This document shows positions 54,701 to 64,000 of a stretch of DNA of 64,000 nucleotides, one piece after another (the first letter of the stretch is position 1; each line of letters opens with the position of its first letter). The stretch is from Rebecca billardiae RCC1528. Lineage: Eukaryota; Protista; Haptophyta. The stretch covers positions 620,001-684,000 of the forward strand of contig OZ251225.1 of NCBI GenBank assembly GCA_965240325.2, written 5' to 3'. Made by a program: the position numbers and the translations under genes. The notes beneath the pieces are model-generated. The model saw nothing but the letters and a program-made list of their open reading frames with translations, made no database searches and was not told the origin of the DNA.

Positions 54701-56127
54701 TGTGGACGCGCGCCGCGCGGCTCGGCGCGCCCGCCGCCGCCGCGGGCGACGCGCTCGGCGGCGCGGACGACGCAGGCGCCGCGCGCGCCGCGCTCGCCGA
54801 CGTAGCGGCGCAGCGTGACGCGCTCGGCGCGTGCCTCTGCGCGCTGCGGCTGTGCGCGGCGGACGAGCGGTATCTGCTCGAGTCGGAGGTGCTGCCGGCG
54901 CAGCCCGACGGCGGCGGCGGCGAGCACCACGCCGCCGAGCCGCCGCAGACGCGCGTGCGCCGCATCGGCGAGGCGGAGGTGCAGCGCGCGCTCACGCTGG
55001 CGAGCGCGAGGCTAGCGCTCGGCGGCGCGCTCGTAGGCGCGGGCTGCGGCGCGCACGCGCTCGGCAGCGCGCTGGCGCTGAGCGCGGTGGAGACGGTGCT
55101 CGTGCTGAGCACCACGGCCAAGCACGCGCCCGTCGACTCGGCGCAGGCCTCCGCGCTCTACAAGGCGGCCACCGACGTGGTGCGCGCCGCCAGCCGCGCC
55201 GCCGCGCCGCGCGCCGCCGCGCCGCGCGCCGCCGCGCGCCGCCACGCCGCGCCGCCGCGCCGCGCCGCCGCGCGCGCCCCGCTGAGCTGGCGCGCGCGCG
55301 CGCGCGCGCCGCCTTCGCCGCGCGGCCGTTGTGCGCAGGCCGTGTCCTTCGCGGACGAGGTGCGCCGCGCCGCGGACGTCGAGCTGCTCGTCACGCTGGC
55401 GACCGCCCTCGCCGAGCGCTGCATGGCGGCGGAGGCGGAGGCGGGCGGCGGCGGCGGCCATGGCTCCGGCCCCGCGTGGCAGCGGCTGCGCGCGTTGCTG
55501 CGCGCGCATGATGGCCCGGCCTGCAACTTCGAGCTGACCGCGCACGCGATCGACGCGATGTGCGCGCAGGCCGCCGCGCGCCGCGCGCCCGCCCCGCGCG
55601 CGCGCCGCTCACGCCCGCCCGCCGCGCGCCGCGCTGCGCGCAGGCTGACGGCGCAGCCCTCGCAGCAGCTGCCGCCCTGGCTCTGCACGTGGCTGCTGGG
55701 AGAGGGCAGCGCGCTCGACGGCGCGCCGGCCGGTGCGCGCGCGCGCGCGCGCAACCCGCGCGCGCCCCTCAGCGCGCGCGCGCACGCCGCCGCCGCGCCT
55801 CACAGCAGCCCGCGCCGCGCGCCGCCGCGCACGCCGCCGCGCCTCGCAGCCGGCGCGGCCGGCGCTGCGCCGCGCGCCGCGCCGCGCAACCCGTGCCTGG
55901 TGTGCCGCGTGCTGCTGAGACACGGCCGGCTCGAGGACGCGCTCGCGCTCGCGCTCGAGGGCATGGCGCGCGCGCACGACGAGTCCGGCCGCTGGCTCAC
56001 CCCCGGGCTGATTGACCAGCTGCACGCGGCGGCGAGCGCGCGGCTGCCGAGCGGCGGCGCGCACGCGGCCGAGCGCGTGCGTGAGCTCGAGAAGGCCGCG
56101 CGCGCCTACCTGCTGGGCGGAGCGTAG
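49806..56127 (+). CDS. NUP160: Nucleoporin Nup160-like; introns 49958-50121, 50720-~51256 and further in-frame introns near 55180-55850
   Basis: MLREV...RMICW/RAQGN, DRRLRLW, AFLHATRLGHARDAYVAL...ERRCECLHHLV...CERG, YFEVIFA...GDYRAAALAMW. Exon structure is approximate. Confidence 0.75.
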
Positions 56128-56301
56128 GCGCGCGCGCACGCGCGCGCTACGGAGTACGGAGTACGGCGGCAATACGGCTGCTAAACTCGATGACAGTTGA
56201 CCTGCTGTTCAATTTGCCCACGACTGCTAATTTATTAGTACTGCTTATATATTAGTGACTGGTAATAACGACACCGTATACGCGCCGGGGTCAGTCTTGA
56301 A

Positions 56302-56305
<4 letters not shown>

Positions 56306-56339
<34 letters not shown>
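56306..56339. repeat. (TA)n microsatellite
   Basis: TA run. Confidence 0.95.
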
Positions 56340-56340
<1 letters not shown>

Positions 56341-57286
56341 TGCTCTGCGCTGGCACGTGCACGCGGAGATCAACCACACGCAGCGGGTCCGGGATAGGCA
56401 CTGGCACCCTCTTTCTCCAGCCGGCCGCCGGCTGCATCGCCTCGGGGGGCGATGCAGCAGGTGGACGCCGCTGCACCCATCTGGCCCTTGGCGCTGGCCT
56501 CCTCCGTGCCCTTCGCTCCACCCTAGGTGGAGCAGGGGGTGCGGGGTGTGACGCGCCCAGGGGCCAGGTTCCCCAGCATCAAGCACTGCATCTGCAGCAG
56601 CCCGCCGGCGGGCTGGGCTGCGACATCGACTACCACCTCATCTGCTTCATCGCCCAGAGCGCGCTAGGCGGCGCGCTCACTCTCCAAGCCCCTCTTCTGC
56701 AGCTGCGCGCCGCTTGGCCGGCGCGCGGCGACGCGTACTACGACCTCATCCTCATCCAGGCGCCCACGCGGGCGCACGGGGGCGACAGCCGCGGCTGCCG
56801 CTTGCCGGAGCTGCTCGCCGCTAGGTCGGCGGGCGGCGACATCGACTACGACCTCACCCTCATCCAAGTGCTCCGGAAGGCGCTCGGCCGCGGCGGCATC
56901 TGCCGTCGCCGCCGCGTGCCCCAGGCCGAGGGCGAGGCGGTGCTCCATCCCGGCCCCGCTCCCGTAGGCCCGGTAGGGGGGCAGGGCTGCGGGTGGCGCA
57001 CTGTCTGACCTGGACGGAAGGCGCGGACGCATTCTATGTGTCTGTTGCACTCTGAGCCTGACGCTTGTCCGATGCTGCCACGTCGTTAAATATATATATA
57101 TATATATAATAATTTATAATAATTATAATAATTACAATTATTAATTAATCAGACTGCTATAGTCTGTGATTGTGAGTACGTAGTATTCTTAATAATTATG
57201 ATCGGCTACGCCGATCTTCGGGTAGTGAACAACGAAGTTGATGGCGCACGGCCCTGGGCCTGGTAGTTGTCGCGTTCTTCACCGAA

Positions 57287-57900
57287 TCACTGTGAATTTA
57301 TCACTACGATGCGCGCGCCCGGCGCCGGCGCCGTGCAGGAGGCGCGGGCGCGAGTAATCCGGACTCGATCGACGGCCTCGGGGGGCTGGGCCGTGTCGAA
57401 CTCGACGCGCAGCAGCCGCAGCGCCTCCGCCCGGTGCGCTTCGGGCAGCCCTGCTGTGGCCGCGCGCAGCGCTGAGGAGATCGCGCTCGGCAGCCCGTCC
57501 GTCAGCCTCGCACAGCCTCGCGCGCCGGCGGGATCGGCGCAGCGTCGGACAAGCTCGCGCAGCTCGTCGTCGGCGTCGGCGGGGAAGAGCGTCGCGAGCA
57601 GCCGCGGCTCGAGCCTGTCTACGATGTCCCGCAGCCGCAGCAGCCGCTCCTTGCACGCCCTCGGCGTCTTCCCCTCGAATGCGGGCCACGCGCGCTGCGA
57701 GGTCGCGTGCAGCACGTGCGCCGATACTGCGACTGCAGCAGGCCAATGTCCCGTGATCGATCGTCCACGACGAGTCGTTCTGCGTGTAGAAGCGCAGGAC
57801 GCGCTGGTCGTGCATGGTGCGCAGCGCGGTGTGCAAGCGCGCGAACGCGCGCTCGGGCGAGTCCTCCAGCAAGAGCTCGTCCTGCGGCTCGGTGCCCGGC
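57287..57900 (-). pseudogene. Probable frameshifted gene remnant, unknown family
   Basis: Codon-biased segments LEDSPERAFARLHTALRTMHDQRVLRFYTQN and HWPAAVAVSAHVLHATSQRAWPAFEGK...LRVEFD lie in different frames. Confidence 0.35.
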
Positions 57901-59087
57901 TGCCGCTCTCCCTGCCTGCGCGCCGCCGCACGCCGCGCGGACAGACAGCGTCGCCATCACAGCCGGTGGGTAACGAGGCTGAGCAGTGGTAGCCAGGCGA
58001 AGCATCGTCGCGGGCGAAGCTGCGCTGGGTGATGCAGCTCGGGTCGGTGGGCAAGTCGCACCCCGCCGTCGGTCGCCTCCACGCCCCAGGCTCGCTCGAG
58101 GTCGAGTCACCTGCGCGGCGCGGCAGTCCGATGGCCGTGTTCGTGAACGTACTTCGTCGGCGGGCGCCGACGCCGCGGGCCGGGCGGGGTGTACACTTTG
58201 GGCCGAAGACGCATGGCAGGGCGGGGCGCGTGGGGTGAGCGAGGCACGAATGCGATGCCGACGGCTGTTGGGACCCGCCGCAGCTGCAGTGCGCGCACCT
58301 GCGCTGAGTCGCGCGCACCGGCACGCAAAACGAGAGCCTTTTCGGCTTTGAGCCTCCGATCGCCCTCGGTCGCTCGGCGTGTGCCGGGGCCGCCAAATAA
58401 CGCTTACGGGTAAGATTCCCTCATTTGGTCATATCACTTAGTCGGCCACGCCCGCACGGGCGCATATATTCTGGTCGAAGCGAACCGCCGTTTTTGTAAG
58501 TTTGTATAATTATAAGTTAATCTCATAAATGGTACGGCGAAACGGTGCGAAAACGCGTGCCTAGGCGTTTTTGATTAGGCGAAGATCTGGCAGGGTTCAT
58601 TTCGCGGGTACCAATAGACAAACGAGCCGCGATGACGAACGTCGTGCCATAATACGTTGATACTGAAACGTTGTTTTTGCTGAAGTGTGGTTCTCTTCAG
58701 AGGAGAAGGATAATAGGAGACGATACTTTACTCTTTGAATTGGAATCAGCAAACCAAAAGTGTATATCAGCAGGAGAATCACGAACGGCCCACCATAATT
58801 ATCAGAAAGATGCAGACGCCTTTGTCCTATTCGAGTTCGATTTCTTCTATTACTTACTATCCAAGGATTAAGGAGCAGTACAAACGCAATCATGAGCAGC
58901 GATATCGAGTCAAATGCGGATTTCACACCTAAATCCACCTACAAAAATCCCCCAAATCCTGCGCGCATCCTCTTTTTTGATTTTGCGGAGCACGTGCGCC
59001 GCCCCCCCCGGCTTTCGCTCACGCTCAGACCTTTCGGGGGGGCCGTGCGCCATAATGCATCATGGGATGCATCATCACTGCTCTGGC

Positions 59088-60497
59088 TCACGTCATGGCA
59101 ATGCTCATCAGTCGCCCTGATGTCGGCCCTGCCTCGCTACCACCTGCCGCACGCGGATCATCCTTCTTGACATCGGCGAGCACAATCGCCGCGGCAAATT
59201 GCCAGACGTCGCGGAAGTTGTCGTGAAACTCGCGCTTGCCGATGCGACCGTCGCCGTTCACGTCGCGCTCGCGCATCACCTCCTTTGCGACGTAGGAAGG
59301 CAGGCCCCAGGCGACAAGGAGCTTGCCGATCTCGGCGAGGCTCATCGTCTGCTCGTTGGCGTCGTGCAGCTTCTTGAAGACGTAGGCTGAGATCTGCTCG
59401 TCGCTGAGGTGTGCCTCGCGCTCCATCTTCTTGAGCGTCTTGATGCGCACGAGACCCTCCGGCTTGACAAAGTGCTTCTTCAGCTTGGCGGTGATGGCCT
59501 CGCCGCCGGCCGAGTAGATCTCGCCGTCGCTCCTGTGATTCTCGGGGTCCATGGTGAGCAGGAACACCACGTTGAAGATGACGATCGCCACGAACAGGAA
59601 GGCGGGGCACGTCGAGCCCATCGAGGCGGGCATGCACACCGCCGCGCCGAGCAGGATGGAGACCGAGTAGCGCGCCTGGGCGAGGACGTTGAGGTTGGTG
59701 AGGATGGAGAAGGTGACCCTGTTGAGGACGTAGATGTGCGTCATGATCCACCACTCGATCAGCGCGCGCTCGAGCGTCGCGTACGACGAGGTCCACACCT
59801 CGCCCAGCACGTAGCAGTACATCGCGACCACGAAGATGAACGCGGGCATCAGGATGCGCACGGCGCCGAAGGGCGTGCGCGACATGAAGATGGCGGTGGG
59901 CGTGTGCACGAGGAACCCCCACACGACGAGGAAGCGCGAGAGCACGATCACGGTCGAGCGCAGATCGTCGTAGAAGAAGCGGTGCATGACCCACAGCGTT
60001 GGGCCCAGGACCGTCTGCAGAGCGCCCGAGACGATGTGCGCCCTGATCACGCCCTTGCGGAGCTTCGTGACGACGAACTTGGGGTGGACGGGATGCGTCA
60101 CGTGGTAGGTGATCACGAAGACGTCGAAGAACAGGCACAGCCCCGAGATGACGATCTGCTGCGTCAGATGGTGATCGTCGGTCGAGATCGACTCGAGGTT
60201 CTGCGGGCACTGCGAGAAGACGCACCAGAAGGAGCCGAGCAGCACGTTGTGGGCGAAGCACGTGAAGACGAAGATACAGAACACACTCGTCGCGAGCGCC
60301 GCGAGCTTGGCCTCGCGATGCTCCCAGAACGCCATGCCGAGGTTGTCGTCGTCCGGCTCGTCCATGGTTGAGGTCGAGCGCTGCCTCTTGCTGATCGGCT
60401 CGGGCTCGAGACCGAACGAAACGCGGCCGGTGCCCGCGCCCGCGCCGGGCGACGAGGCCTCATCGCCCTGGTGCGTCGACGAGTTGCACCCTCCCAT
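59088..60497 (-). CDS. Multi-pass (~8 TM) membrane protein with C-terminal EF-hand pair and N-terminal MGGC acylation motif
   Basis: Strong codon bias; hydrophobic helices; DVNGDGRIGKREF EF-hand; degenerate first EF-hand DANEQTMSLAEI. Confidence 0.85.
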   Translation of the reverse strand: MGGCNSSTHQGDEASSPGAGAGTGRVSFGLEPEPISKRQRSTSTMDEPDDDNLGMAFWEHREAKLAALATSVFCIFVFTCFAHNVLLGSFWCVFSQCPQNLESISTDDHHLTQQIVISGLCLFFDVFVITYHVTHPVHPKFVVTKLRKGVIRAHIVSGALQTVLGPTLWVMHRFFYDDLRSTVIVLSRFLVVWGFLVHTPTAIFMSRTPFGAVRILMPAFIFVVAMYCYVLGEVWTSSYATLERALIEWWIMTHIYVLNRVTFSILTNLNVLAQARYSVSILLGAAVCMPASMGSTCPAFLFVAIVIFNVVFLLTMDPENHRSDGEIYSAGGEAITAKLKKHFVKPEGLVRIKTLKKMEREAHLSDEQISAYVFKKLHDANEQTMSLAEIGKLLVAWGLPSYVAKEVMRERDVNGDGRIGKREFHDNFRDVWQFAAAIVLADVKKDDPRAAGGSEAGPTSGRLMSIAMT

Positions 60498-60659
60498 GAC
60501 GGGGGCTGAGACTGCCCGCGCTCAAGCGGGGGGCTCGCGTGGGTTTGACAAAGGGGCTCCACCGAGCGCCCGTCGACCGTTGCACGGCCGCTTTTGAAGG
60601 ACGACTCGTTCAATAGAGGCTACGGGTACCCCCATCAAGTAGTACTACTGTGATAGTAA

Positions 60660-60886
60660 AGTTTACTAAGCAGAATAAGAGACGCTCATGTACAGCTCAG
60701 CAGGCAGGCGAGATTGTACTCATCACAGCAACAATCGGCCTACAGTATGGCAATCATTGGCCATCTTACCGCCATACTTTACCTTACCTTCTGTCAACCG
60801 TGTGATGGATAGGCGTGATGGATCGATCTCGCGCCTGTCTGAGCTGTGCATACAATCATGTGCGTCTTTTATTCTTATAGTAAACT
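60660..60886. mobile_element. Degenerate MITE-like element with ~57-bp imperfect TIRs
   Basis: AGTTTACTAAGCAGAATAAGAGACGC...CAGCTC...GGCGAGAT at 60660-60714 with an inverted copy at 60826-60886. Related single copy at 18293-18338. Confidence 0.6.
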
Positions 60887-61439
60887 GTAGGCGATTGCTG
60901 GTGATTAGTGCTGGTGATTGCTGGTCAGTAGAACGTACCCCTCAGAAAATGAGACGCCATCATTCTGCCCATCTTCTCAGCGCCTTGAGCCCGCACGGAG
61001 TCACGGCGGCACGGACGTGCGCGCCGCCTCTGACCTAGTCTCGCTGGCAGCCGCCGCCGCTGTCGGTCCCCGCAAAGTATGCGCGCGCTGAGCGCAGCCC
61101 GAGGCGCGCATCCCAGGAAGACATCAGCCATGTTACAGTGCGGTCGTAGACGCGCGCCCCGCATGGTGCCGAGCGGCTGGCCACGCGCCGTGTCGTGCCT
61201 TTCCGCTGCCTCGGCAGGCAAGGCGGCGCCCATGTCTCAGGCTGAATGTCAATGACACTTCACTCACTTGACAGACACAGACGGTCACAGTCAATGTGGC
61301 GGCGGCGCGGCGACAGCTGACCGTCGAGAGTGCGAGGCGGCGCATGCGGCGCGATGCGCCACGGCTCGGACCGTCCTCTCCGACGTCTCGGTCTCATCTC
61401 GATCGACGATCGGTTCTAGCTCTCTCTCTCTCGAGTCAG

Positions 61440-61441
<2 letters not shown>

Positions 61442-61514
<73 letters not shown>
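61442..61514. repeat. (AT)n microsatellite
   Basis: AT run. Confidence 0.97.
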
Positions 61515-61515
<1 letters not shown>

Positions 61516-61560
61516 GGTATATTATAATTATTGTCACTTGATGACGACAATGCTGTCAGA

Positions 61561-64000
61561 TCACGACGCAGTCTCAGACGGGCGCCTCATCGGACCGTGA
61601 CCGTCCCGCGGCGGCGAGGGCAGCACGTACGCGCCGTCGCCCGCCGGCTGCGCGCTGCTCGCCGCTGCCGCCGCCGCCGCCGCGCGCGCGGCGGCCGCGC
61701 CCGTGCCAGCCGGCGGCGCGGTGGCCGCGAGCGGCGGCGCAGCGCGCGGCACGGCGGCCGCGCTGCCCGGCGGCGGCGGCGGCGGCGGGCCGGCGCCGCC
61801 GCCGCCACCTCCGCCGCTCGCCCCAAGCTGCCGTCGCAGCGCGAGGATCTCGCGCTGGTACCGCGGCACCGCCTGCGCGACGTACTCGTGCGTGCGCGCC
61901 AGCTCCTCCTCGAGCTGCACCGCCCTCGCGCCCAGCCTCGACCGCTCGCGCTCGAGCTCGTACTGCAGCCGGCGCAGCTCGGCCACCTGCGCCTGCAGCG
62001 ACGCGAGCGCGCGCGCGCCGTCGAGCGACGGGCCGCCGGCGCCGCCTTCGCGCGGCCGCGGCTGGGAGGCGCGCCACGCGACGACGGAGGCGAGCTCGTC
62101 GCGCAGCTCGGCGACGGTGCCGCGCAGCCCGTCGTTCTCCTCGCGCAGCGCCTGCGCCCGCAGCCGCTCGCGCTCGAAGTCCCACTCGCCGCCGCCGCGC
62201 AGCGCGTCGAGCTGCTGCAGCAGCGCCGCGTGCGCCGCGCGCACCGACTCGGCCGGCGCGGCGCGCGCGAGCTCGGCCTCGGCGGCGGCGAGCTCGGCGC
62301 GCAGGATGGAGGCGCCCGCGCGCAGCGCGCCGAGCTGCTCGCCCAGCGACTCCCGCGCGCGCACCGTCTCGGCCAGCTCCTCGTGCAGCCCGTCGTGCAC
62401 GCGCAGCGAGCGCTGGCGCTCGTCGGTGAGCGCGGCGCGCGCGGCGCTCAGCTGCGCGGCCGCGTCGCGCGCCGCCGCCTCGTGTGCGCGCTGGAGCTCC
62501 GAGGCGAGGGCGCGCGCCTCGGTGGGCTCGTCGGAGGAGGCGTCGAGCGTGAGGTCCTGCGGCGCCGCGCGGGGCGGCGGGCGCCGAGGCGCGCAGACCG
62601 ATCAATCGCGCGCGGCGCGCGGATGGCCGCGGGGCGGCGGCGCGCGGCGCGCCGCGCGCGGCGCGGCGCAGCGTCGCGGCGCAGCGCGCGGCGGCGCGCG
62701 GCGGCGCGCGGCGGCGCGCGCACCGGCGGGAGCGGCAGCTCGTCGTGCGCCTCGGGAGCGGCCTGGCGCAGCGTGCGCCGCGCGTCGAGCGCCGCCTCCG
62801 CCAGCGCCGCGTTGCGCAGCAGCAGCCGGCGCACCTGCGCCGCCGCCGCCTGCAGGCTCTGCGCGAGCTCGGCGGCGGCGCGGCCGTCGGCGCCGGGCGG
62901 CGCGGCCGCGTCGGCGGCGGCGGCGGCGGCGAGCGCGGCAGCGCGAGCGGAGACGGCGTCGACCGAGCCGAGGGCGAGGTGCGCCTCGAGCAGCGAGCGC
63001 GCGTCAGCCTCACCCGGCGCGAGCGGCGCGCGCGGCATCGTGCCGCCCACGCTGAACTCGCGCGTCTGCGCGAGGCTGGCTGGCGGCGAGCGCTGCGGTT
63101 GCCCCAGTCCCTGCGGCTGCGGCGGCCGCGGCCGCGCGGCTGGCGGCGACGGCGGTGTTGCGCTCCCAGCGGCGCTCTGCGCGCGGGGCTCGACGCCGTC
63201 GGCGCCGAGGCTGTCGCGCGCGGCGCGCGGCGCCGATCGCGCGGCCAGCTCGCCGCCCGCGCCGCTCGCGCGGCCGCCGGATGCGCCTTCGTCGTCGGTG
63301 GCGGTGGCGGCGGCGCCGCCGCTGTCCCCGCCCGCGTCGGCGGCGGCGGCGCCGCCGCCGCCGCCGACGGCGGCGCTCGCCGCGCCGCCCGGCACCGCGC
63401 CGCCCTTGGAGAAGCCCGCGCGCACGATGGTGGCGTGCGTGGGGCCGGCGCGGGCGGGCTCGCGCATGCTGCCCACGCGCGAGACGCTGCCCCCCTCGCC
63501 CTCATCCGCCTGGCGCCCCTCCGCGCCGCCGCCGTCCGCGCCGCCGCCGCCGCCGTCCGCGCCGCCGCCGCCGCCGTCCGCGCCGCCGCCGCCGCCGCCC
63601 GCGCCGCCGGATCCGCCGCCCGCGCCAGCGGCGGCGGCGTGCGCGGCGTGGTGTGCGCCGAGCGGCGGCGTGGCTGCGGGCACGACGAGCCCGAGCGCCT
63701 CGCGCACCTCGCGCGCCTCGCGCCCCCCGCCCACCGCCCTCGCGAGCACGTCGAGCTGCAGCTCGAGCGTGGCGCGCGCGCAGTCCAAGTCGCGCAGCTG
63801 CGCGGCGCGCGCGGCCGCGCGCACGCGCCACGCCTCCGCCTCGGCGCGGGCGGCGTCGCGCTCGGCCTCGAGGGCGAGCGTGGCGCCGCGCTGCCGCGCG
63901 ACCAGCGCCTCGCGCTCCGCCTGCAGCGCCTCCACCCGCTCCACCGCGCCCGCCGCCTCGCGCAGCGCGCGGCCCTCGAAGGCGGCGCCGCGCGCGTCCG
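61561..64000 (-). CDS. Coiled-coil protein with CCDC78-like C-terminus (5' end outside window); intron 62557-62723
   Basis: Splicing joins the 62448-63944 and 61561-62400 frames. QYELERERSRLGARAVQLEEELARTHEYVAQAVPRYQREILALRRQL resembles the CCDC78 C-terminal motif as recalled. Confidence 0.6.

Noticed and set aside
59088-60497. Rhodopsin/heliorhodopsin
   Set aside because: No retinal-binding Lys in the last helices.

Overview
Very GC- and CpG-rich, gene-dense eukaryotic DNA with short GC-rich GT-AG introns. The composition suggests a haptophyte-type alga (inference only). Most listed ORFs are GC-rich shadow frames. About 17 real genes can be supported: a tandem GAF/MYC_N-like protein, a nucleoside hydrolase-TM-TIR-like fusion, a DUF1853 + 3'-5' exonuclease + YbaK fusion, Mpv17/PMP22, long-chain acyl-CoA synthetase, TPPP/p25, NFS1, RADX-like, an SLC35A transporter, a KH protein, a vWA alpha-kinase, a GT8 glycosyltransferase, MMADHC, TFIIE-alpha, Nup160, a membrane EF-hand protein and a partial CCDC78-like gene. 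Mobile DNA includes an intact Copia element (identical 329-bp LTRs, CAGAG TSD) with an odd TM helix inside Gag-Pol, and several MITE-like inverted repeats. The most novel-looking signal is a non-coding head-to-tail dimeric element present twice (2048-3700, 10556-12086). It sits at T^A sites, its internal junction folds into a symmetric 87-nt hairpin, and the two copies bracket two signalling-type genes. All family assignments come from motif recognition by eye; no searches were run.
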